Below are positions 17,604-27,908 of a DNA stretch of 64,000 bases, piece after piece. The stretch spans positions 268,858-332,857 of the forward strand of contig JBBDRJ010000006.1 of the NCBI GenBank assembly GCA_040905525.1, given 5' to 3'. The first letter of the stretch is position 1. Every line of letters begins with the position of its first letter. This stretch comes from Actinomycetota bacterium (GTDB lineage: Bacteria > Actinomycetota > JAICYB01). The notes under the pieces are model-generated. The model searched no databases, was not told the origin of the DNA, and saw nothing but the letters and a program-made list of their open reading frames with translations. The position numbers and the translations under genes are program-made.

Positions 17604-18313
17604 GACGCGTGGGTCAGCTTGAGCTCGAGTTGCCCGACCGTGGCGCCTTCACTCAGCTCGATCTCGCCCCGCATGGCCAGCTCGAGCATCGCCAGAAACA
17701 ACGCGACGGACCAGGCCAAGCTCCTGCCCACCGCCACGGAAGAGAAAGTCACCGATCCCGTTTCTAGGAGCCGTACGAGCTCGACGGCCGCCTCCTGGGT
17801 CGACACCTGGTCGACGACGATCCGGGATGTGTCGACGGTGCGCATCGACTCGTGGACGACGTCCAGAAGCACCCGGGCCAGGTCCGCCGGTGAGATGTCC
17901 GCAAGCACTGGCAGCCGACGCAACGCTTCGTCGTCCGTCGACGGCTTCGGCGGGAATCGCAGATCGGCCGCCGAGAGCAACGCAGAGACGTGATCGCCGG
18001 CGGTGCGGAAGGTTTGAACCTCGAGGAGCCTCGCGATAAGCAGGTCACGCTCGATCTGCTCTTCCTCGTCGGCCTCGTCTGAAGGCCGAGGCAGGAGCGC
18101 TTTAGCCTTGAGAGCCAGCAGCGTGGCGGCCACAACCAGGAACTCGGTGGTCACTTCCAGGTCGGCACGCTCCATCGTCTCGATGTGCGCGAGGTAGTCC
18201 TCGGTCAGACGCGCGATGGGGATGTCGCAAACGTCGACGCGGTGCTCGGCGATGAGCGATAGGAGGAGCTGGAACGGCCCCTCGAAGACGTCGAGCTTCA
18301 CCTCGTAAGCCAT
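17600..18313 (-). CDS. scpA: segregation and condensation protein A
   Basis: ScpA family N-terminus; 4-nt overlap with scpB. Confidence 0.85.
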   Translation of the reverse strand: MAYEVKLDVFEGPFQLLLSLIAEHRVDVCDIPIARLTEDYLAHIETMERADLEVTTEFLVVAATLLALKAKALLPRPSDEADEEEQIERDLLIARLLEVQTFRTAGDHVSALLSAADLRFPPKPSTDDEALRRLPVLADISPADLARVLLDVVHESMRTVDTSRIVVDQVSTQEAAVELVRLLETGSVTFSSVAVGRSLAWSVALFLAMLELAMRGEIELSEGATVGQLELKLTHAS

Positions 18314-18339
18314 GCGCTTCGAGGATAGGCGCGGACCGG

Positions 18340-18966
18340 CTAGATGGGCAGTAACCGGATCAGACCCGACCTGATCAGGTCCACCACGCGGAACAAGGGC
18401 GCTTGGAGGAAGACGATCAACCCCAGAAGGATGAGGAATCCATAGGGCTCGATACGGTCAAGTCGTTGCCGGCCCTGGGCGCTGAGGAACACCCTCATGA
18501 AGCGCGAGCCGTCCAACGGAGGAATCGGGAGCAGGTTGAAGGCAGCCAATAACAGGTTCCACTCCAAGGCGAAGATGAGAATCTTGGTCCCGATGGACGG
18601 GTCGAACACCCTGTTGGGATCGAGAAGAGCAGCAGCGATGAATGCCAGGAACATGTTCGAAAGGGGCCCGGCAGCGGCCACCAGTGCAAACCCCCAACGA
18701 TCGGTTCCCTTGAGATTCCGAGGATTCACCGGCACCGGCTTGGCGTAACCGAACATGGACCCCGTAGAGAAGAACATCATGGCCGGGAGTATCAGCGAAC
18801 CCACAATGTCGAGATGCCGAATTGGGTTGAGGGTGAGACGCTTCGCTTTTTGAGCCGTCGGATCGCCAAGTGCAAGAGCGGCGACTCCATGAGCGTTCTC
18901 GTGGATCACGACACTCGCGAGCAGCACAACGAGGCCGAGTATTGCGTCGGGAAGCGATTGATTCAC
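18340..18966 (-). CDS. site-2 protease family (peptidase M50) membrane protein
   Basis: HENAHG (HExxH) motif; polytopic membrane protein. Confidence 0.8.
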   Translation of the reverse strand: MNQSLPDAILGLVVLLASVVIHENAHGVAALALGDPTAQKAKRLTLNPIRHLDIVGSLILPAMMFFSTGSMFGYAKPVPVNPRNLKGTDRWGFALVAAAGPLSNMFLAFIAAALLDPNRVFDPSIGTKILIFALEWNLLLAAFNLLPIPPLDGSRFMRVFLSAQGRQRLDRIEPYGFLILLGLIVFLQAPLFRVVDLIRSGLIRLLPI

Positions 18967-18972
18967 GCCGCG

Positions 18973-19323
18973 CTAGCTCGCGCGTTTCTTGCACGCCATG
19001 CATTGCCGAGCGTAGGGGCGCGCGTCCAGGCGGTCTTCCGGGATCGCGTTCCCGCAGGACTCACAGCGTCCGTACGTGCCCGTCTCCATGCGCGCTAGTG
19101 CGGCATCGACCTCGTGCAACGTCTCGAACAATCCCTCGGCCATCGAAAGCACACGGGTCTTCTCGTCGGTGGCTTGGCCGCTGTCGGCGAACCCCTGGTC
19201 GAATTCGACGTGGTCGGGCTGACCGGTCGTGGGATCGACCCCCATGTCCTTTAGCTGCGTGACGAGTTCCCTTCTTTCCCCGTCTAGGCGACGGCGGAGT
19301 TGATCGAGGTTTGTCTGGTCCAC
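18973..19323 (-). CDS. TraR/DksA family C4-type zinc finger protein
   Basis: C-terminal CESCG…CMACKK. Confidence 0.75.
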   Translation of the reverse strand: MDQTNLDQLRRRLDGERRELVTQLKDMGVDPTTGQPDHVEFDQGFADSGQATDEKTRVLSMAEGLFETLHEVDAALARMETGTYGRCESCGNAIPEDRLDARPYARQCMACKKRAS

Positions 19324-19346
19324 TGTGGCGGCCTCCCCGGTCGGCG

Positions 19347-20276
19347 CTACGACGAGCGCCGACGGCGCCCACGGGGGTGGGCTTCGTCGTACACGTCCTT
19401 GAGCTTCTGTCTGGTTACCAACGTGTACACCTGTGTCGTCGACAATCTGGCGTGACCCAAAGCTTCTTGCACCACCCGTACATCGGCCCCCCGAGCCACA
19501 AGATGTGTGGCATAGGAGTGACGCAAAGCGTGCGGGAAAACCCGTAAATCAGGGCTTACCCGTGCAGCGTACCGCTTGACACAGCGCCAGGCGCTCTGAC
19601 GTGAAAGTCGGCGACCCCCGGTCCCCAGGAAAAGAGCGGCCGTGAGCTGCTTCGCCGACGCAAGGTCTCCGCGTCCACCTCGAAGGTAGGCACGCACCGC
19701 ATCCGCGGCCTGTCCGCCGATCGGGACGATCCGCTCCTTGGACCCCTTCCCCAGGCAGCGCAGCGTGCGGTCCTCGAGGTCGACGTCGTCGATATCCAGG
19801 CCGACCAGCTCCGACACCCGCAGGCCGGCCCCGTACAGCAGCTCGAGCATCGCGCGGTCCCGGCGCTCGCGTGGTGAAGATCCGGAAGCGGCTTCGATGA
19901 TCTTTGTAACCGCGTCCTCGTCCAGGGCTTTGGGAAGGGCAAGACCCCGGCCGGGACCGTCCACCAACGCCGCCGGGTTGCTCCCGGCGAAACCCTCGCG
20001 GACGCAGAACTTGTGGAAATGCCGCAGCGCCGCAAGATGGCGGTTGAGAGTCGTTGCTGCCCCACCGGCCTTCGCTCGCTCATCGAGGGCGGCCGCGACG
20101 TGCCGGGGCTTGGTCTCTGACATCTCCGTCACACCGTCGGCTCCGAGCGCCGCGATGTATCGGCGCACATCGCGCCGGTAGGTGGCGATCGTGGAAACCG
20201 CAGCTCCGCGTTCCACCCGCAGGTAGTCCTCGAAGCTGTCGGCCGCCCGTCGCAGAGCTTCGGGGATGTCAGCCAT
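19347..20276 (-). CDS. xerD: site-specific tyrosine recombinase XerD
   Basis: Start at MADIPEAL (ATG 20276). C-terminal …ALRHSYATHLV…LGHARLSTTQVYT…. Confidence 0.85.
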   Translation of the reverse strand: MADIPEALRRAADSFEDYLRVERGAAVSTIATYRRDVRRYIAALGADGVTEMSETKPRHVAAALDERAKAGGAATTLNRHLAALRHFHKFCVREGFAGSNPAALVDGPGRGLALPKALDEDAVTKIIEAASGSSPRERRDRAMLELLYGAGLRVSELVGLDIDDVDLEDRTLRCLGKGSKERIVPIGGQAADAVRAYLRGGRGDLASAKQLTAALFLGTGGRRLSRQSAWRCVKRYAARVSPDLRVFPHALRHSYATHLVARGADVRVVQEALGHARLSTTQVYTLVTRQKLKDVYDEAHPRGRRRRSS

Positions 20277-20361
20277 GGGAGTAAGTCGAGCGTACCGTCG
20301 GTTCGCCTCGCGGGCACGGATTCCCGTTGCGCGATCGTGCCCGCAGGGGTAGCCTCGCTCC

Positions 20362-20988
20362 ATGTTCGAGCGCTTTACCGACGCCGGTCGCCGTGTCGTG
20401 GTCGTCGCACAACATGAAGCTCGGCGCCTCGACCACAATTACATCGGTACAGAACACATCCTCCTGGGTCTCATCAACGAGGAAGAAGGACTGGCTTCGC
20501 AGGCTCTGAAGAGGTTCGGCGTCAGCCTCGACGAAACGCGCGCTGAAGTGGAGCGCCGGATCGGCCGCGGCAAAGAACCTCCCAAAGGCCACATACCTTT
20601 CACACCGAGGGCAAAGAAGGTGCTTGAGTTGTCGCTCCGCCAAGCCATCCGTTTGGGCCATGACTACATCGGCACCGAGCACGTCCTCCTAGGCCTCATA
20701 GCCGAGGGCGAAGGTGTTGCCGCGCAGATCCTGGTCTCTCAAGTCGACGGAGGGTTGACCGCCGTTCGAGACGCTGTTTTTGAGTTGCTTGGACGCGAAC
20801 CGATCGAGCTGTCGGGACTCGAAAGCCGCATTGCGGAGCTTGGGAAGCGGGCTCGGGGGGTACTCGGCGCCGTCTCTCTCGCGGGCGCGGAGGACGAGAC
20901 GAGGAAACGGTTGGAGGCCATCGAGGCCCGTCTGAGCGTGATCGAGCAACTCATTCGCCGTCAGCTCGGCGAGGAAGAAGTCTCCTAG
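20362..20988 (+). CDS. Clp amino-terminal (ClpN) repeat domain protein
   Basis: Two Clp_N repeats (…YIGTEHILLGL… and …YIGTEHVLLGL…). No AAA+ module. Confidence 0.8.
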   Translation: MFERFTDAGRRVVVVAQHEARRLDHNYIGTEHILLGLINEEEGLASQALKRFGVSLDETRAEVERRIGRGKEPPKGHIPFTPRAKKVLELSLRQAIRLGHDYIGTEHVLLGLIAEGEGVAAQILVSQVDGGLTAVRDAVFELLGREPIELSGLESRIAELGKRARGVLGAVSLAGAEDETRKRLEAIEARLSVIEQLIRRQLGEEEVS

Positions 20989-21506
20989 GCGCGCAGCGCC
21001 AGGAACGCGAGACCGAGCAAACTCTTCGCGTCGCGTACTTCACCCGAGAACAGCAGATTCCGGACCGATCGCGCCGGCCGGCGCTCGATGGTCACGATCT
21101 CGCCCGGATCTGTTGAACCCGGCTCGGGTGAGACGTCATCGGTGAAGTACAGGTGGAATTTCTCGTTGGAGAATCCCGGCGTGGTGTAAAAGGTGGCCAA
21201 GTGATCGAGGCGCGCCGGACGCAGCCCTACTTCCTCGACCAGCTCACGCGCCGCGCAGAGTTCGGGATCTTCACCCTCCTCGAGCTTGCCGGCGGGAATC
21301 TCCAGAAGGTCCTCCGAGGTGGCGTGCCTGTACTGGCGGACGAGCACGATGTCGCCCTCCTCGACGCACACGATGCCCACGGCGCCACGGTGCTCGATGA
21401 CCTCCCGTGTCGACCGATGACCGTCGCCCGCCTCGACCTCGTCCACACGCAGCCGAAGAACGGATCCTTCGAAGATCGTCCGCGACCCGAGGACTCGGTC
21501 GCGCAC
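20985..21506 (-). CDS. NUDIX hydrolase (ADP-ribose pyrophosphatase-like)
   Basis: Nudix box GKLEEGEDPELCAARELVEEVG. GTG start at 21506 chosen to avoid overlapping pyrG. Confidence 0.8.
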   Translation of the reverse strand: MRDRVLGSRTIFEGSVLRLRVDEVEAGDGHRSTREVIEHRGAVGIVCVEEGDIVLVRQYRHATSEDLLEIPAGKLEEGEDPELCAARELVEEVGLRPARLDHLATFYTTPGFSNEKFHLYFTDDVSPEPGSTDPGEIVTIERRPARSVRNLLFSGEVRDAKSLLGLAFLALRA

Positions 21507-21513
21507 GGACGCG

Positions 21514-23139
<1,626 letters not shown>

Positions 23140-23212
23140 TCACGCTAACACGAGGCCCGAGGTAATGGGTGGACCCGGGCCGACGGGAGACTACGGGCCG
23201 CCGCCGACAGCC

Positions 23213-24037
23213 TCAGTCGGCTCGCCCGAGCTGGTCCAGCCAGCGCAGAGGTGGCGTGGCCTCGATGATCCGGGAGAACGACACGAGCTCCGAGACGAGC
23301 GTCAGCGCAAACAGCAAGGCTGCGCACGTCAGCAGTGCCGTATGACCGAGCGAAGCTACAGCAGCGGCACCAACCACCGCGCCGAGCAGATTCGCACCCG
23401 CGTCACCGAGCATCACGCGCTCGCGCAACTCGGCGATCAGGAAGACGGCCATGCCTCCGGCCACCGCCCACAAGACCGGTTCACCCCTTCCCGGCACGTT
23501 CAGCCAGCCGAGGGCAAATGCGCAAGGGAACCACACTTTGGCCGTGCGGCCAGGTCGAAGATCGAGAAGGTTGGCCATGTTCGCCGCCAGCGCGATCACC
23601 GCACCACCCACGAGGATCCAGATCCCCCGCCGTCCGATCCCCCAAGCGGACGCCAGACCCACAACTACGCCCCCCGCCGCTTTGACCATGCCGGTCGTCA
23701 TATGTCCGTTGAGGAGCTCGCGGAAGTGCCCGGCCAAACCGCCGGCTCGGCGACTCCCGTAGAGGTCGTCGATCAATCCAAGGACGCACATAACGGCCAC
23801 CGCGGAGGCCATGGTTCCGGCCACCCGGTAGCCCTCGTCGCTTATCCCGTTCAGCGCGGCCAGTGCGCCGACGCCAACGGGTCCCAAGAGCAGCACGCCC
23901 GCCGTAGCAAGGACGTTTCGTCCGCGATAGTTCAGCTTGTGATGTCGCGCTCCGGAAAGGATCGATCCCGACCACCGCAGTGCAGCCGCCATGACGACAC
24001 AACCGCCGAGCGTCGAGGAGACGGCGAGGAGGATCAC
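23213..24037 (-). CDS. polyprenyl-phosphate phospho-sugar transferase, MraY/WecA family (Pfam Glycos_transf_4), compact 274-aa form
   Basis: Motifs LIDDLYG (DD), NMANLLDLRPG and VMLGDAGANLLG. Polytopic membrane protein. Confidence 0.65.
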   Translation of the reverse strand: MILLAVSSTLGGCVVMAAALRWSGSILSGARHHKLNYRGRNVLATAGVLLLGPVGVGALAALNGISDEGYRVAGTMASAVAVMCVLGLIDDLYGSRRAGGLAGHFRELLNGHMTTGMVKAAGGVVVGLASAWGIGRRGIWILVGGAVIALAANMANLLDLRPGRTAKVWFPCAFALGWLNVPGRGEPVLWAVAGGMAVFLIAELRERVMLGDAGANLLGAVVGAAAVASLGHTALLTCAALLFALTLVSELVSFSRIIEATPPLRWLDQLGRAD

Positions 24038-24438
24038 TGACCCGAGAGGATGGTTCCGCCGGCCCCTGCCTTCACGCGACCCGCCAGCCGGCGACTCGAG
24101 GTTTCCGCAGCCCAGAGGTCACCCTCGACGGCGTAACGTCCCTCGAGCTCCCGGATCTGCGCTACAACCTCACGCTGGGACACCGACGAACCGAACGTGT
24201 ACACCACAACAGAGCCATCGCTGCACTCGGCCTGACGGTTGATCTCGAAGCCCTCAACCGGATCGACCTCGGCCAGATCGCACCCGATGTCACGCAGCGC
24301 CTCGATGAGCTCTGGAAGTGTTCGGTACTGAGCGCCCGTCGGTCGCGGCGTTCCATTTGTGCCTGCGTCTGACCCACACGCCGCGACGAGGGCGGCCAGG
24401 GCCAAAGCGGCAAATCTCGCTCGGTTACTCGTCATCAC
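24034..24438 (-). CDS. putative lipoprotein
   Basis: Signal peptide with lipobox LVAACGS. Confidence 0.55.
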   Translation of the reverse strand: MMTSNRARFAALALAALVAACGSDAGTNGTPRPTGAQYRTLPELIEALRDIGCDLAEVDPVEGFEINRQAECSDGSVVVYTFGSSVSQREVVAQIRELEGRYAVEGDLWAAETSSRRLAGRVKAGAGGTILSGQ

Positions 24439-26573
24439 CGGTCCTCCGAATCCCCGATCCGAACTTCATGCAGCCGGTCGGCATCATCGATCTCGTATAT
24501 GGCCAAGGTATTGCGGCCCTCACGAAAGAGCCTCTCCGAAAGGAGCACCGCGATCTCGGTGTCCTTCTCGTCCCGGTAGGTCTGCCCCACCCCGGCAACC
24601 ACCCCGTTGAGCGCCACCGCGTATTCGACGCCGGCAGCGCCGGAGCGGACGCGTCCTCGTAAGAAGGCCGGACGGGCGGGCGAAGACAGGTCGACGTCCT
24701 CATAGGGAGCCGTCCCGGCATCCAGGTCTATCTCCAACTCCGAACCTCGATCACTCATAGCGAGGTCGGAGACGCGCTCACCCATCAGCTCGCGATGCTC
24801 ACCGAACCCAAAAAGATCGTCATCGCCACCACCTGGACCGAACATCGCCTCGTAATCGCGCGCGACCTCGTAGAGGTGCTCTATGTCTCCGGACAGCTCG
24901 CGGATACGGGAGCCGTCGAAGACCCGCTTGCTGCTCGACCTCGTTCGGCCGAGCAGGGAGCGACCTTCGGTGTCGAATGGCAGGTCGATGTCCAGCGCGT
25001 CGGCGATCGTTGGGACCACGTCGACCAATTCGGCGTTGCGATGGTCCGTGAGTCCCTTCTCTTGACCGGGGAGCTTGATGAACAACGGCACCCAGAGCAA
25101 AGCACCTTCGTTCACGCCATCTAACCGCCGGCGCGTTCCGTCGGGCAGCCACGTTGCTCCATGATCGGCCGTCACGACGATCAGCGCGTCGTCCCATTCG
25201 TCGCGCTCGTCTAAATCGTCCATCAGCTCGCCGACGAGCCGGTCGGCGAGTCCGACCTGAAGGTACGAGCGTTGGAGACCCTCGGTTGCAAGATATGGAT
25301 CCGATCCCCAGCGAAAGTTCTTGTACCCGGGAACGTTGCCGCCCGACGGATAGAAGTGTCCCGACGGCAGATAGCGCCACGGCGGATGCGGGATCTGCAT
25401 ATGGGCGTACGACATCGTGGGCCGCTTTCCGGCGCCGGAGATGCTGCCCAGCCATTGGTGGAACACGCCCACCTCGTCACGCGTCCTGTTCTCGGCCAGC
25501 GCCGACCGCAACCAGCCACGTACGGGATCACCGCCGGCGTCGCCGCCCGCCGCCGCCCGTCCGGCGCCCGTGAACCCGGCCCACCGGTCCCCCAAGGGAG
25601 GAAGCCATCGCTTCGCGCCATCGGGCGGAGTCACGAGATGCAGATAGACGATCGCGGCATCTCCCACGAGCGATGAGAAGGACCCGACCGATTCAGCGGC
25701 GTCGGAGGCACACGCGTCGGGTGGGCACAGCTGCGTCACGAACTCCTTCACTTTCATGTCGTGCGACGGAGCAAGCAACGAGAAGAGGTTGTTCGGATAC
25801 ACAAAGGACGAGGGAACGTCACGTCGCGTGGGACGAGTTCCCGTGAGGAGCGCCGGCACCGCCTGGTCCGTACGCAGTGCCGCCGTCGTTGCGTTCGCAT
25901 ACCAGTTGGAGCGCTCGGCCAGCCGTGCGAAGTTCGGGAAGCGCGTTTCGTTAATGTCCCCGTTAGGCCGGACGAGCTGCGCGAGCGACAACTCGTCGAG
26001 GATGACCATCGCCACCGGATGCTTCGCGGCGGCGGAGGCCGCGGCGGCCGGTGCCGTCGCGGCCTTCTTGGGGAAGATGACATCGCGTACAGGGCTGCCG
26101 ATCAGGAAAAGGCCGAGGAACACCGGGATGGCAAGACCGGCCAACGTGAGGAACCGCCGCAAGCCCGTGAACCGCGCGTAGGCAGCTGCGGCGAGCACGC
26201 CCACAACGATCAATACCACCGCCGTCGGAACGACGCTGACAGCTGCGACCCGTCGCAGGACCGGCGCTACCACGAGACCGGAGAACAACCCGATGGCGAT
26301 CAGGTGCACGATCCGTCCGGCGTCCTTCGACACCGCCGACACGACGGCGCGCACGAGGAGCACGACGAGCGTCGGAACGAGGAGGGCGATCGCGGTCAGG
26401 GCCAGGATGTCGCCGGGCGTCGAGCGGTGCGCCACGAAGAAGGTGGCGTAGCGTCCGAACAGATCGAAGATCGGTTGCGCGACAGCGAAGGCGGACAAGG
26501 TGAGCAGATGCAGTGCTTCCGTCGTCCATGCCGGAAGGCGGCGCTGCGCCGCTGCGGATGCGATGGGTTCCAC
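24435..26573 (-). CDS. membrane-anchored sulfatase/alkaline-phosphatase superfamily protein (LtaS/MdoB-like transferase)
   Basis: N-terminal multi-TM region. Extracytoplasmic domain with TADHG and MSYAHMQIPHPPW-type sulfatase features. 712 aa. Confidence 0.65.
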   Translation of the reverse strand: MEPIASAAAQRRLPAWTTEALHLLTLSAFAVAQPIFDLFGRYATFFVAHRSTPGDILALTAIALLVPTLVVLLVRAVVSAVSKDAGRIVHLIAIGLFSGLVVAPVLRRVAAVSVVPTAVVLIVVGVLAAAAYARFTGLRRFLTLAGLAIPVFLGLFLIGSPVRDVIFPKKAATAPAAAASAAAKHPVAMVILDELSLAQLVRPNGDINETRFPNFARLAERSNWYANATTAALRTDQAVPALLTGTRPTRRDVPSSFVYPNNLFSLLAPSHDMKVKEFVTQLCPPDACASDAAESVGSFSSLVGDAAIVYLHLVTPPDGAKRWLPPLGDRWAGFTGAGRAAAGGDAGGDPVRGWLRSALAENRTRDEVGVFHQWLGSISGAGKRPTMSYAHMQIPHPPWRYLPSGHFYPSGGNVPGYKNFRWGSDPYLATEGLQRSYLQVGLADRLVGELMDDLDERDEWDDALIVVTADHGATWLPDGTRRRLDGVNEGALLWVPLFIKLPGQEKGLTDHRNAELVDVVPTIADALDIDLPFDTEGRSLLGRTRSSSKRVFDGSRIRELSGDIEHLYEVARDYEAMFGPGGGDDDLFGFGEHRELMGERVSDLAMSDRGSELEIDLDAGTAPYEDVDLSSPARPAFLRGRVRSGAAGVEYAVALNGVVAGVGQTYRDEKDTEIAVLLSERLFREGRNTLAIYEIDDADRLHEVRIGDSEDR

Positions 26574-26631
26574 GGTGCACGAGGCTACCCATAGCTAGCA
26601 TTGGCCCGTGCTGAGCACTCGAGGACGCGTC

Positions 26632-27027
26632 ATGCGGAATCTCGCTGCCGTCGCGCTCGTAGTCGGCCTGATGGCAGGCACCGTTTGGTGGCAGACCGAC
26701 GACACGTGGCCCCTCGCACAGATGCGGATGTTCCCCGGAGGCTCCGAGTCCAACGTCGCGATCCTCGCGATCAAAGGGGAGCTGGCGGGCGGGCGCCTCA
26801 TCACTCTCGCCCCTTCCGTCTTTCATATGAAGCGCGCCGACATCGAAGGTCAGCTGGACCGTGCTTCTGCAGATCCGCGGATGCTTCGCGACCTTATGGA
26901 CCACTACAACCTCAGCGCATCGAGCGGCCGCCGTATCGAGTCACTGGTCTTCATCCGCCGCGAGCGGATCAGCCGGGCGGATGGCGGGCGATGGGCGGAG
27001 AGGGAGCTCGTTCGATGGCCGTCCTGA
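26632..27027 (+). CDS. hypothetical small membrane protein
   Basis: MRNLAAVALVVGLMAGTVWW N-terminal TM. Overlaps the next gene by 13 nt. Confidence 0.45.
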   Translation: MRNLAAVALVVGLMAGTVWWQTDDTWPLAQMRMFPGGSESNVAILAIKGELAGGRLITLAPSVFHMKRADIEGQLDRASADPRMLRDLMDHYNLSASSGRRIESLVFIRRERISRADGGRWAERELVRWPS

Positions 27028-27908
27028 CTCCGTCCGGGCCGCAGGCTCCACAACGCCGGACGAGCCTGCGCCTTGCGAAGTGGCACGGATGGTGGTTCTC
27101 ACAAATGCCGATGGATCACTTCACCGTCTTTCGCGTGATCATCTACCTGTACATACCGATCGACGTGCTCACCACGCGGTGGGTGCAACATCACGGACTC
27201 GTGCCCGAGTCCTGGTATCAGCCGCTGCTGATGGGCCGGCTCCTGAACCTCCCCGCCGCAACGGCCACCTCGATGGCAGTGACCGTCATTGCGCTCAGCG
27301 TCCTCGCGCCGGTAGCCGCACTCGGCCGTGGGAGACGCACGATCGGGCCACTGGTCGCGGTGCTGTACTTCTATTGGGCGTTCGTCGCGTTCACCTACGG
27401 CAAAGTCGACCACGATCGCGTGGCGCTGCTCACCGCCCTCGCCGTGATGGTGACCGTCGACTGGCGAGCCCGAGGTGAGAGTAAGACCGCAGGGTGGGCG
27501 TTAGGGATGGTGCAGACCTCCTTCATGCTCACCTACTTCCTCGCCGGCGTTACCAAGCTGCTCGTCGGCGGCGTCGGTTGGGTGACGTCGACCACACTCG
27601 AGCGCGCCATCGCCCGCAGAGGAACGATGTTCGCGGACCCCTTGCTCGACATGCCCGAGTTGGTCCTTTACGTGATTCAGCTCTTGATCCTCGCCTTCGA
27701 GCTGACGTCGCCGTTGATGCTCCTGCGCAACCGAATCGGACGCATCTACGTGGCGGCCGCCATCCTCTTTCATCTCTTCTCGCTTGTCGGCATCACGATC
27801 TACTTCAGATCGCATCTGATCTGCGTGATCGCCTTTCTGCCGCTCGAGCGGATCGCGCACTTCGTCCGGAGCCGAGCCCTCGGGCGAGTGCGGCTAGGAA
27901 GCCTGTGA
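27015..27908 (+). CDS. polytopic integral membrane protein, possibly HTTM-domain-like
   Basis: 297 aa with 6–8 predicted TM helices and conserved W/H-rich loops. HTTM assignment is tentative. The upstream part of track ORF 26601..27908 is rejected. Confidence 0.4.
   Translation: MAVLTPSGPQAPQRRTSLRLAKWHGWWFSQMPMDHFTVFRVIIYLYIPIDVLTTRWVQHHGLVPESWYQPLLMGRLLNLPAATATSMAVTVIALSVLAPVAALGRGRRTIGPLVAVLYFYWAFVAFTYGKVDHDRVALLTALAVMVTVDWRARGESKTAGWALGMVQTSFMLTYFLAGVTKLLVGGVGWVTSTTLERAIARRGTMFADPLLDMPELVLYVIQLLILAFELTSPLMLLRNRIGRIYVAAAILFHLFSLVGITIYFRSHLICVIAFLPLERIAHFVRSRALGRVRLGSL

Noticed and set aside
25761-26904. 277-aa (+) and 313-aa (-) ORFs
   Set aside because: Antisense or off-frame within the sulfatase-family gene 24435..26573.
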